This document shows, piece after piece, positions 17,543 to 27,425 of a stretch of DNA of 64,000 nt. The position numbers and the translations under genes are program-made. Below the pieces are notes generated by a model. That model ran no database searches and had not been told where the DNA came from. It was given only the letters and a program-made list of their open reading frames with translations. Each line of letters opens with the position of its first letter. Within the stretch, counting starts at the first letter, position 1. The stretch covers positions 45,945 to 109,944 of the forward strand of contig CAVYIJ010000007.1 of the NCBI GenBank assembly GCA_963768575.1. Reading direction: 5' to 3'. Origin of the DNA: an uncultured Halobacteria archaeon. GTDB lineage: Bacteria > Pseudomonadota > Gammaproteobacteria > UBA9214.

Positions 17543-18913
17543 CTAGAAATCTGCTGCAAGGGCCTCGATCACCTGTTGCAAATTGCTGACCGCTACCACA
17601 TGCATGCCCTGCACGGGCTTTTTCGGCTGGTTGGCAAGCGGGATAATTGCATGCCTGAAGCCGTGCTTGGCAGCTTCGTTGAGACGCTCCAGTCCGTTCG
17701 GTACCGGCCGCAGCTCGCCTGACAGGCCGATTTCACCGAATACAACCAGGTTTTCCGGCAGCGGAGTATCGCGAAAACTCGACACCACGGCCAGCAACAC
17801 CGCGAGATCGGCCGCTGTTTCACTGACCTTCACACCACCCACCACGTTGACGAAGACGTCATGGTCGGCAAGCAACAGCCCGCCGTGGCGATGCAGCACG
17901 GCGAGCAGCATGGAAAGACGGTTCTGCTCCAACCCCAGTGTTACCCTGCGCGGATTACCTGACTGGCCCTGGTCGACCAGCGCCTGCACCTCGACCAGCA
18001 TCGGCCGGGTACCCTCCCAGGCAACCATCACCACGCTGCCCGGCACCGCTGTTTCGTGCCTGGAGAGAAAGATAGCCGACGGATTACGCACTTCTTTCAA
18101 CCCGTTTCCGGTCATGGCGAACACACCCAGTTCATTGACGGCACCGAAACGGTTTTTGATCGCACGCAGAATCCGGTAACGATTTCCCGGGTCACCTTCA
18201 AAGTACAGGACGGTATCGACCATGTGCTCCAGTACACGCGGGCCTGCCAGCGTACCCTCCTTGGTGACATGTCCGACCAGGAACATTGCCACGCCCGAGC
18301 GCTTCGCAAAACGCACCAGTTGCGCCGCGCTTTCCCTGACCTGCGCAACCGAACCGGGCGCTGATTGCAGCAGCTCGGTAAAGAGTGTCTGTATCGAGTC
18401 CAGCACCATGACCTGCGGCTGCTCCCTGGCAGCCACGGCAAGAATGCGTTCAACCGAGGTTTCGGAGAGCAGACGGATGTGGCTGCCATCGATGTCCAGC
18501 CGATCTGCACGCAGTGAGATCTGCTCCAGGGATTCTTCACCGGTTACATACAGCGAGGCAAGCTTGTCAGACAGGGCGGCAAGTACCTGCAAGAGCAGTG
18601 TCGATTTTCCGATCCCCGGGTCGCCACCAATCAGGACGACAGAGCCTGAAACCAGCCCGCCGCCCAGCACCCGGTCGAGTTCCTGCAACCCGACCGAGTT
18701 ACGAATATGCGCATCGGAGTGGACGGCACTCAGGGGCGTGACCTGTGACCCGCTGCCACCGCTATAGGCCGTGAAGCGGCCGGGTGAAACCTTGGCCGCG
18801 GCCACAGCCTCGGACAGCGTGTTCCAGCCCCCGCATTCGCCGCATTGACCGGCCCATTGCGGGGCTTCAGCGCCACAGGCACTGCAGGTGAAAATAATTT
18901 TTGGCCTGGCCAA
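17543..18913 (-). CDS. radA: DNA repair protein RadA (Sms)
   Basis: CSACG..WAGQCGEC zinc finger, GGDPGIGKST, KNRFG motif. Confidence 0.97.
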   Translation of the reverse strand: MARPKIIFTCSACGAEAPQWAGQCGECGGWNTLSEAVAAAKVSPGRFTAYSGGSGSQVTPLSAVHSDAHIRNSVGLQELDRVLGGGLVSGSVVLIGGDPGIGKSTLLLQVLAALSDKLASLYVTGEESLEQISLRADRLDIDGSHIRLLSETSVERILAVAAREQPQVMVLDSIQTLFTELLQSAPGSVAQVRESAAQLVRFAKRSGVAMFLVGHVTKEGTLAGPRVLEHMVDTVLYFEGDPGNRYRILRAIKNRFGAVNELGVFAMTGNGLKEVRNPSAIFLSRHETAVPGSVVMVAWEGTRPMLVEVQALVDQGQSGNPRRVTLGLEQNRLSMLLAVLHRHGGLLLADHDVFVNVVGGVKVSETAADLAVLLAVVSSFRDTPLPENLVVFGEIGLSGELRPVPNGLERLNEAAKHGFRHAIIPLANQPKKPVQGMHVVAVSNLQQVIEALAADF

Positions 18914-19098
18914 GAGTTCCCGTCCGCGTCAGAAAAACGGCACGCGAAGCATTTGCTGTTGCGCCGCTATCTTGTTGTTTTCCTGATTCATTCCATTATC
19001 TCCCGAACGCTCATCGGCAAACGACTAAAGCTTTTCCGGCAATCGCCGCCTAACTGATAGATTGATAACGGAAAAGTCCTAAATCACAGGAATCGCAC

Positions 19099-21556
19099 TT
19101 GCGCCTTCAGAACAAGATTCTCTCATTACTGGTGCCGCTTATCGTTCTGCCTATCCTGGTGCTCGGCTGGACGGCCTATGCATTGTTAATGGACGACGCA
19201 CGTGACCGCACGCAGGACCAGGTCACGACCCTGCTGGAACAAATCCGTTTCCACAACGAGGCCCAGTTACAAACCGCGCGCGCGAATGCCAGTTTATTCG
19301 CCAGTACCGAGCTGGTAAAGAAGTATGTAACGACATATTCAGCGAAGAAACGCGCCCTGATCGAGCAGGATGTTCTCGACCTGCTGTTCAATTATCAGCT
19401 GGCTTACCCCGAATATTACGAAATCCGGATTATTTCACCGAATGGCCGGGAAATGCTGCGCTCGGTAATCGGTGATGTCGTCAACACCACAAACGATGAG
19501 TCAGCCAGCAGCTACTTTATCGAGGCAAGCAAATCAGACAGTGCAATTTACACCACCTTCATGAACAACCAGGACAACAACAAGCCGGCCCTGTTCACCA
19601 GCAAGCCGCTGATGTTCATCAGGGACAGTACTAGCGGCGAAGGTGATGAAAGGAAGCTGCATGGCTACCTGATGCTGACGATCGATCTCGACTTTCTGGA
19701 CAGGCAATCAAAGAACCTGAAAGTCGGCCAAAGCGGCAACGTCTTCATTACGGACTCCCGCGGCACCATCCTGTTTCATCCGAACAGATCGAGCCTGGGA
19801 GGCAATGTTGATCCTGAACTGTTCAGGAAACTGGACAAGTTCTGCAAATCACAATATCCAGGTAGATGCACTCTACAGGAACGAGGATGCACATTACCAG
19901 GCCATCAAGCTGGATGACTGGTTGTATGCCATTGCGGTGTACCCGGAAAATGAGCTGGCCGCGAAGAGTTTCACCCTTGGCAGATCGGTCACGGTGATCG
20001 CCTGCGTCGCGATATTGCTGACCATCGCGTTCCTGTTCGGCGTATTGAAGACACTATTGATCAAGCCCATCCAGAAGCTCAGCAAGGCGGCGAAAGAGAT
20101 GGGCCGCGGCCAGTTGCTGGTGCCGATCAACGTCAACACCCGGGATGAAATCGGCGACCTGGCCAATACGTTCAAGGAGATGGGCGAGAACCTGAATCAC
20201 TACCACGAACAGGTTCGCTATGTCGCTTACCACGACAGCCTCACCGGCTTGCCGAACCGCCTGATGTTCAAGGATTATCTGAAGCGAGCAACGGCCGAAG
20301 CACGGCGCAATTCGCAGGAACTTTCAATCCTGTTCCTTGACCTGGACAATTTCAAGCGTATCAACGATACCCTCGGTCATATTGTCGGCGACAAGCTGCT
20401 GGAAGGCTTCGCTGATCGCCTGTCAGCCTGTTTGCGGGAAACCGATGTCATTTCCCACTCCCTGGCGGACATGAATGACAGCGTTATGGCGCGCCTGGCG
20501 GGCGACGAGTTCACGATCCTGCTGCCACGCACCACGGGATCAGCGGATGCACAGAAAGTTGCCCGCCGCGTACTCGAACTGATGGCGGAACCATTCATCA
20601 TCAACAAGCAGGAACTGTATATCAGCACCAGTATCGGCATCGCACTCTTCCCGAACGACGGCATCAACGCAGACGACCTGATGAAAAATGCAGACATCGC
20701 GATGTACCATGCCAAGAAATCGGGGCGCAACAACTACAAGTACTTCTCCAGCAAACTGAACGAGGAATCGCTGTTCAAGCTGAAAATCGAAAGCAAACTG
20801 CGGCATGCGGTCGATAACAATGATCTCGAAGTGCATTACCAGCCGCAGGTATCGCTGGAGAGTGGACAGATCACCGGGGCCGAATGCCTGCTGCGCTGGA
20901 ACGATGAAGAACTCGGCATGGTGCCGCCCGATATATTTATTCCAATTGCCGAGGAATACGGTCTGATCATACCCATTACCGAGTGGCTGATACGCGATAT
21001 CTGTGTCAGGGCACATCAATGGATGAGAAAATATAACCAGCCTACGGTCATGGCCATCAACATCTCGGCGGTCCACTTTTGCGGTCACGACCTGGAAGGA
21101 CTCATCAACCGGACCATACATGCAACCGGCTATGACCCCAAGTACCTGGAAGTCGAACTGACTGAAACCAGTATCCTGCAAGACCCCGAGCTCGCCATCA
21201 ATACTTTGCAGAAAATCCAGTCGATGGGCCTGCAAACTTCACTGGATGATTTTGGCACCGGCTATTCATCACTGAACTACCTGATGCAACTACCGCTCAA
21301 TAAACTGAAAATCGACCGCAGTTTCGTTATAAATATGGACAAGGGCGAAAAAGGCACCGCTATTGTCTCCGCCATCATCGCCATGGCGCACAGCCTCGGC
21401 CTCGAGGTCATCGCCGAAGGCGTCGAGGATGGCACGCATATCAATCTGCTGCGCAAGATGAAATGCGACATCGTACAAGGCTATTACATCGCGCGCCCCA
21501 TGCCGGCTGCCGAATTCGAACAAATGATTGCCAGCAGCACCCGGCACATCGCGTAG
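19099..21556 (+). CDS. Membrane sensor (Cache-like)-HAMP-GGDEF-EAL c-di-GMP enzyme with apparent +1 frameshift near 19840
   Basis: TM, periplasmic domain, TM, HAMP, HDSLTGLPNR, RLAGDEF, ECLLRW, DDFGTGYSS; split over ORFs 19099-19917 and 19805-21556. Confidence 0.88.
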
Positions 21557-21613
21557 CCGCCACCCGTCAGGCAGGGCACTGACAAAATAATATAACCGCT
21601 GGAAACAAACCTG

Positions 21614-22690
21614 TCAGGCCGTGTAATCGAACGTCACCCGGCTGCTGATACCGCACAGGAGTTCGTAGGAAATAGAGCCGGCACCCGCGGCAATCTCCTC
21701 GACCGGAAGGCCTTCACCCCACAGCACCACCTCATCGCCGACAGCCGCATTCGGCTGACCGCGCAGATCAATACATATCATGTCCATCGATACGCGGCCA
21801 ATCAGCGCTGCCCGCCGGCCGTTGACCAGCAACGGCATGCCGTTTCCCGCATGGCGCGGATAGCCATCACCATAGCCGATGGCAGCAACGCCCACCGGCA
21901 TATCCTCGGGACATATCCAGTCCCGGCCGTAGCCGACGGCATCACCCCGGCGACAGGCCGTGGTCGCAATCAGGCGGGTAGTCAGGGTCATTACCGGCCG
22001 CAGGTCGAGTTCGGCCGCGCTCTTGCCGGCAAGCGGCGAGCCTCCATAAAGCATAATACCGGGACGCACCCAGTCACCGTGCGTGTCGGGCCAGGCGAGT
22101 ATGGCGGCCGAATTGGCCAGCGTTGTTTCGCCATCCAGTGTACCGAGTGCCGCGGTGAAACGTTGATACTGCAAACGCGTGGTTTCGTTTTCCGGATCGT
22201 CGGCACAGGCAAAATGGGTCATGTAACGAACGGTCGCCACATTGCCGATGGCTTGCAGACGGGCGACTATCTCTGCGGTATCGGCGGGATCAAAGCCAAG
22301 ACGGTGCATTCCGGTATCCAGCTTGACCCAGACATCGAGAGATCGCGTCAGGGTGCCCTGCTCCAGCATTTCGAGCTGGCTGGCATGGTGCACGACAATA
22401 TCAAGCCGGTAGCCGCTTATCAGGGCTATGTCATCCGCACCGAACAAGCCTTCCAGCAGGACAATGCGCTGGTCAAAACCTGCCTCGCGCAACGCAATTC
22501 CTTCATCCAGGTCGACAATTCCAAACGCCGCCGCCCCGGGTAGTGATTGAGCCACACGCAACAGCCCGTGCCCGTAGGCATTGGCCTTGAGGATAGCCAT
22601 AACCTGGCTGCCGGGTACTGCTTGCTGAACTCGCTGGAAATTATGCTTTAGCGACTGCAGGTCAATGCGCGCGCGTGCCGGTCGCGTCAT
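21614..22690 (-). CDS. alr: Alanine racemase
   Basis: AILKANAYGHG PLP motif, KLDTGMHRLG, GYGDGYPR, GRVSMD. Confidence 0.96.
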   Translation of the reverse strand: MTRPARARIDLQSLKHNFQRVQQAVPGSQVMAILKANAYGHGLLRVAQSLPGAAAFGIVDLDEGIALREAGFDQRIVLLEGLFGADDIALISGYRLDIVVHHASQLEMLEQGTLTRSLDVWVKLDTGMHRLGFDPADTAEIVARLQAIGNVATVRYMTHFACADDPENETTRLQYQRFTAALGTLDGETTLANSAAILAWPDTHGDWVRPGIMLYGGSPLAGKSAAELDLRPVMTLTTRLIATTACRRGDAVGYGRDWICPEDMPVGVAAIGYGDGYPRHAGNGMPLLVNGRRAALIGRVSMDMICIDLRGQPNAAVGDEVVLWGEGLPVEEIAAGAGSISYELLCGISSRVTFDYTA

Positions 22691-24087
22691 TCAAAATCAC
22701 TGCCTGCGTAGTAATTTTCAGTGGCGTAATTCTCGAAGCGGGTAAACTGTCCCCGGAAGGTCAGCAGGCACTTGCCGATCGGCCCGTTACGCTGTTTGCC
22801 GATGATTATTTCGGCGAGTCCCTTTTGCGGACTTTCCTCGTTATAGACCTCATCTCGATAGATAAACATGATGACATCGGCATCCTGCTCAATTGCGCCG
22901 GACTCGCGCAGGTCAGACATGACCGGCCGGCGGTCAGTACGTGACTCCAGGCTGCGGTTCAATTGCGACAGGGCAATAACCGGCACCTCGAGTTCTTTTG
23001 CCAGCGCCTTCAGGTTACGGGATATTTCGGATATCTCGGTGGCCCGGTTTTCCCGCGTATTGCTCACCTGCATGAGCTGCAGGTAATCGATTACGATTAG
23101 CCCGAGATTATGTTCGCGTTTCAGTCGTCGTGCCCGTGCACGCAGCTCCATCGGGTTCAGGGCCGGCGTATCGTCAATAAAAATCGGTGCGCTGTCGAGC
23201 AGGCTTACGGCAGAGGTCAGCCGTGGCCAGTCATCGTCTTCGAGCTTGCCGGTGCGGATCTTGTGCTGGTCGATGTGGCCCAGCGAGGACATCATGCGCA
23301 ACGCCAGATGCTCGCCGGGCATTTCCATACTGAAAATTCCAACCGGCACCTGGTGCTTGATGGCCGCATTTTCGGCAAAGTTTACCGCCAGCGTGGTTTT
23401 CCCCATGGAAGGCCTGCCTGCCACGATAATCAGGTCTGACGGCTGCAAACCGGCTGTCATGTTGTCCAGGTCGGTAAACCCGGTCGACACACCGGTGATC
23501 GCGTCATCCTGCTGGAACAGCATGTCGATGCGGTCAACAGCAGCGGCCAGCAAACCGCGGATATTCCTGAAACCACGCTTGCCGCGCTTGCCATGTTCTG
23601 CAATATCGAATACCAGTTTCTCGGCATTATCGAGCAGGGCACTGGAATCGCGGCCTTCCGTCTGGAAACCGCTGTTGGCGATCTGGTTACCAACGTCAAT
23701 GAGCTGACGCATAACCGATTTTTCACGGACGATATCGGCATAGGCCTTGATGTTCGCGGCACTGGGCGTATTTTGCGCAAGCGCACCCAGCGCGGACAAG
23801 CCGCCGACATCATCCAGCAAGCTGTTCTGGTCCAGCCACTCGGACAGGGTGACGGCATCCAGCGGATTATTCTGCTCTGCGAGCTGGGCAATGGCTCGAA
23901 AAATCAGGCGATGGTCACGCCGGTAGAAATCTTCCTCGTTGACAACATCGGCAATTGTATCCCATGCATTGTTATCCAGCATGAGGCCGCCCAGAACGGC
24001 CTGTTCAGCCTGCAGCGAATTCGGCGGCACCTTGAGTGCTTCCGTTTCTGCATGAATGACGTCTGCGGAACGAAGTGTTTCGGCCAT
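22687..24087 (-). CDS. dnaB: Replicative DNA helicase
   Basis: PPNSLQAEQAVLGG, AGRPSMGKT, DYLQLM, SQLNR, DLRESGAIEQDAD. Confidence 0.98.
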   Translation of the reverse strand: MAETLRSADVIHAETEALKVPPNSLQAEQAVLGGLMLDNNAWDTIADVVNEEDFYRRDHRLIFRAIAQLAEQNNPLDAVTLSEWLDQNSLLDDVGGLSALGALAQNTPSAANIKAYADIVREKSVMRQLIDVGNQIANSGFQTEGRDSSALLDNAEKLVFDIAEHGKRGKRGFRNIRGLLAAAVDRIDMLFQQDDAITGVSTGFTDLDNMTAGLQPSDLIIVAGRPSMGKTTLAVNFAENAAIKHQVPVGIFSMEMPGEHLALRMMSSLGHIDQHKIRTGKLEDDDWPRLTSAVSLLDSAPIFIDDTPALNPMELRARARRLKREHNLGLIVIDYLQLMQVSNTRENRATEISEISRNLKALAKELEVPVIALSQLNRSLESRTDRRPVMSDLRESGAIEQDADVIMFIYRDEVYNEESPQKGLAEIIIGKQRNGPIGKCLLTFRGQFTRFENYATENYYAGSDFE

Positions 24088-24205
24088 GTACTTTCAAGAT
24101 ACCGGAAGGAGAAAATTAACCATGCCTGCGATGCCCTATAAATATCACAAACACCAAACGATGACACTCTTGTTTTGCGGTGTCATTTATGCGTTCCGTG
24201 CAGAA

Positions 24206-24237
24206 ATGCAGCAGGCACTTTCAAGTGCCTGCTGCAT
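24206..24237. terminator. Hairpin downstream of rplI
   Basis: atgcagcaggcactt-tc-aagtgcctgctgcat inverted repeat. Confidence 0.6.
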
Positions 24238-24285
24238 ACTGATTCAGTTACAAGAGCTTGCGATGACTACCGATGTCAACCGTTA

Positions 24286-24732
24286 TCATTCAGCCGTAAT
24301 TGTTAACTTTATTGTTGCATTAACATCGGTGTGCAGGTGTACCAGTACTTCAAATTCACCCGCCTGGCGGAATGCGCCATCTGGCAGCCGAATTTCGTTT
24401 CGCTCGATTTCAACGCCGGACTCCTTGACCGCATCGGCAATGTCAGCGGTGCCGATCGAACCGAACAATTTGCCCTCTTCACCGGCCTTTGCGGTGATAT
24501 TGAATGCTTTACCTTCAAGCTGGTCACGACGCGACTCGGCAGCGGCCAGCCCCTCTGCGGCGGCCTTTTCAAGTTCGGCGCGACGCGCCTCGAACTCGGC
24601 AATATTTTCCGCGGTCGCAGGCTTCGCCTTGCCCTTCGGCACCAGGTAATTCCTGGCAAAACCGGGGTTGACTTTAACCTTGTCACCCATGGCGCCCAGG
24701 TTCTCGATTTTTTCAAGCAGGATGATTTCCAT
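24286..24732 (-). CDS. rplI: 50S ribosomal protein L9
   Basis: [33 protein letters not shown]. Confidence 0.98.
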   Translation of the reverse strand: MEIILLEKIENLGAMGDKVKVNPGFARNYLVPKGKAKPATAENIAEFEARRAELEKAAAEGLAAAESRRDQLEGKAFNITAKAGEEGKLFGSIGTADIADAVKESGVEIERNEIRLPDGAFRQAGEFEVLVHLHTDVNATIKLTITAE

Positions 24733-24764
24733 TGTTACAACCTCTGTCTAATACTCGTTTATCG

Positions 24765-25691
24765 TCAGGTACTGTCCCCTTTCGCCGCCACAAGCCGGCG
24801 AAAATCGACCCATGTGTCCAGCAAGCCCCCGCCCGCCAGCAACAGCGTTGCTTGCGGCAACAGTGCCAGCAGGACATAGACCGTCGCCAACCAGGCAGTA
24901 CTGCGCCCGGTCTGCCGGACAATGCTGTGTATCACAGCGAGCCCGACCAACAGGTAGGGCACCAGCATAATCAGCGCAAGCTGCGCAACCAGCTCGCCGG
25001 CACTCCCGCTGACAAAGCGCGAAGCCAGCATGGCGCACAATGTGAGCAGTCCGGCGGCATGCCCCAGTCGCAGTCCACAAAATTCATCCCTGAAACCGCC
25101 CGGATGCACCAGTACCGACTGCCACCAGCGCGCCAGCAACAGGCTGCTGAGTACACCGATCAGCAACGATGCCAGCACCAGCCCGGTCAGCAGTGCCGCC
25201 ACATCCCGCAACAGCTTCTCATCCGACAGGTCCGTCATCGACAGCCCGGCGCGTTCCAGCAATACCTTTATGGTCTGCAGCCGCTCGACCCACCAGGGCA
25301 CCGGATCGCCGAATACCCCGTACACCGCCAGTAACAGAATGGCGCCGAACAGGACCGCCGCCTTGAGTACGTTCCCGAGCTGCCGGGTCTGCTGCAGAAC
25401 GGCGGCCAGCGCCCAGCACGGCAGCCATAGCAGCACGATCATGATGGCAACGACCGCAGACTGCATGCCAAACAGCTGATAAAACAGCACGCTGATTGCA
25501 GCGGCTATAAACAGCACCTGCAACCCCTGCAGCTTGCCAATATGCAACGTGACCAGCGCCACGGTCGCGGCCGCCAGGTAATTCAGCACGGTGCTGAATG
25601 GCGGCAGCATGAATGACATCGAGCCGCTCAGGGCGGCAACCAGTACCGCCTGCCAGCGACCCCTGACGATGTATTCAGCCAGCGCCTTCAT
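24765..25691 (-). CDS. DUF2232/YybS-like membrane protein
   Basis: MKALAEYIVRGRWQA start, many TM helices, GLLDTWVDFR end; conserved site between rpsR and rplI. Confidence 0.8.
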   Translation of the reverse strand: MKALAEYIVRGRWQAVLVAALSGSMSFMLPPFSTVLNYLAAATVALVTLHIGKLQGLQVLFIAAAISVLFYQLFGMQSAVVAIMIVLLWLPCWALAAVLQQTRQLGNVLKAAVLFGAILLLAVYGVFGDPVPWWVERLQTIKVLLERAGLSMTDLSDEKLLRDVAALLTGLVLASLLIGVLSSLLLARWWQSVLVHPGGFRDEFCGLRLGHAAGLLTLCAMLASRFVSGSAGELVAQLALIMLVPYLLVGLAVIHSIVRQTGRSTAWLATVYVLLALLPQATLLLAGGGLLDTWVDFRRLVAAKGDST

Positions 25692-25743
25692 GGCACCGGT
25701 TCACAGGCGGTTTCCAACAGGTTCCAGCTACAAATGCAGCGGC

Positions 25744-25968
25744 CTAGTGTGAATCACAGTACGGCAGCAGCGACAGGTAACGCGCACGCTTGATCGCGGT
25801 GGACAGCTGCCGCTGATATTTTGCCTTGGTGCCGGTAATGCGGCTTGGCACGATCTTGCCGGTCTCGGAAACATACTGTTTCAGGACGGCCAGGTCCTTG
25901 TAATCGATTTCCTTGGTACCTTCCGCAGTAAAGCGGCAAAACTTGCGTCGACGGTAATAGCGGGCCAT
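25744..25968 (-). CDS. rpsR: 30S ribosomal protein S18
   Basis: [33 protein letters not shown]. Confidence 0.98.
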   Translation of the reverse strand: MARYYRRRKFCRFTAEGTKEIDYKDLAVLKQYVSETGKIVPSRITGTKAKYQRQLSTAIKRARYLSLLPYCDSH

Positions 25969-25999
25969 GGTAATTCCTCTGTGTATCGATATCCGTTGA

Positions 26000-26503
26000 T
26001 TATTCTGCGGCTGGTGCAGGCTCTGCGGCTGGTGCCGGCTCTGCGGCTGGTGCAGGCTCTGCGGCTGGAGCCGGCTCTGCGGCCGGGGCAGCGTCAGTCG
26101 CTGCAGCTTTCGCGGCCTCTTGCGGCACGCTGTCAGCGGTATCGTCAGCCGGTGTTGCCGACGGCTCGCGTTCGCGTCTCTCTTCCGGCTTCTTCACCAG
26201 CAGCGACGGTTCCGTAACGGCTTCCTTGCGGCTGACCACCATGTTGCGAATAACCGCGTCATTAAAGCGGAATGAACTGTTGAGTTCTTCCAGCACGGCC
26301 GTGCCGCACTCGATATTCATCAGCACATAATGCGCCTTGTGCAGTTTTTGAATCGGGTAGGCCAGTTGACGTCGGCCCCAGTCTTCCAGTCGGTGAATGG
26401 CGCCACCGTCTGCTTCGATCGCAGTACGATAGCGTTCAATCATGGCGGGTACCTGTTCGCTCTGGTCAGGGTGGACCAGAAACACTATTTCATAATGTCT
26501 CAT
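26000..26503 (-). CDS. rpsF: 30S ribosomal protein S6 with long Ala/Pro/Glu tail
   Basis: [30 protein letters not shown]; tail with AAEPAP x4. Confidence 0.97.
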   Translation of the reverse strand: MRHYEIVFLVHPDQSEQVPAMIERYRTAIEADGGAIHRLEDWGRRQLAYPIQKLHKAHYVLMNIECGTAVLEELNSSFRFNDAVIRNMVVSRKEAVTEPSLLVKKPEERREREPSATPADDTADSVPQEAAKAAATDAAPAAEPAPAAEPAPAAEPAPAAEPAPAAE

Positions 26504-26617
26504 CAAAGACCCCTCGTGGATTGGCAGCCTGCTGTCTATGCAACAGGCAAGGAGTTAATAATCAAATTGTTAGAGCTGGCGCATTCTACGTGAGGGCCGC
26601 TGCGGATGCAATATTCG

Positions 26618-26648
26618 CTGCAGGAGCGCCTGCCAGGCGCTCCTGCAG
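26618..26648. repeat. REP-like hairpin (GCAGGAGCG family) after rlmB
   Basis: ctgcaggagcgcct-gcc-aggcgctcctgcag perfect 14-bp stem. Confidence 0.65.
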
Positions 26649-26669
26649 GTTATTGTTTAGATGGATTAT

Positions 26670-27425
26670 TTAGTCCTGATCAGCCTGTAGCCGCTGGCGG
26701 CAGGCCTCGAACAACAGCACCCCTGCGGCGACCGAGACATTGAGGCTTTCGACTACCCCGGCCATCGGGATAGCCACCCGGTAGTCGCATAATTCCGCAG
26801 TCAGCCGGCGTAACCCGCTCCCCTCGCCGCCCAGCACCATCGCCAGCGGCCCGCTCAGGTCAGTCGTGTAAACGTCCTGCGGCGCCTGGTCGCTGGCGCC
26901 GTACAGCCAGATACCCGCCTCCTTCAGCATGCGCAGCGTCCGCGCCAGGTTGGTGACCGTAAACACCGGCACTGTCTGGACCGCGCCGCAGGCCACCTTG
27001 TGCACCACCGGGGTAATACCGGCCGAGCGGTCGCGCGGGATGATTACGGCCTGCACGCCGGCGGCGTCCGCGGTACGCAGGCAGGCCCCCAGGTTATGCG
27101 GGTCCTGCACACCATCCAGCACCAGCAGGAATGCCGGCGCTTGCAAACCTTCCAGGAACCCGGGCAGTTGCTTGTCCGTCAGCGTTTGCGCAGCCGTGCG
27201 CAATACCGCAATCACACCCTGGTGCGTGACATCCGGGTACAAGCGGTCCAGTTCCCTGCGCGGCATTCTGTCCACCCGGATACCGGCCGCTTCGGCAACC
27301 GCCAGCAGGCCTGTCGCACGCCGGTCATTGCCCGCCGCAAGCAACAGGGCCGTGACATTACCGGGATTGCGCTCCAGCAACTTGCTGACCGGGTGCCAGC
27401 CATAGATTACCTGCTTGTCAGTCAT
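26670..27425 (-). CDS. rlmB: 23S rRNA (G2251-2'-O)-methyltransferase RlmB
   Basis: LDGVQDPHNLGACLRTADAAG, GGEGSG, ESLNVSVA; follows rnr. Confidence 0.95.
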   Translation of the reverse strand: MTDKQVIYGWHPVSKLLERNPGNVTALLLAAGNDRRATGLLAVAEAAGIRVDRMPRRELDRLYPDVTHQGVIAVLRTAAQTLTDKQLPGFLEGLQAPAFLLVLDGVQDPHNLGACLRTADAAGVQAVIIPRDRSAGITPVVHKVACGAVQTVPVFTVTNLARTLRMLKEAGIWLYGASDQAPQDVYTTDLSGPLAMVLGGEGSGLRRLTAELCDYRVAIPMAGVVESLNVSVAAGVLLFEACRQRLQADQD

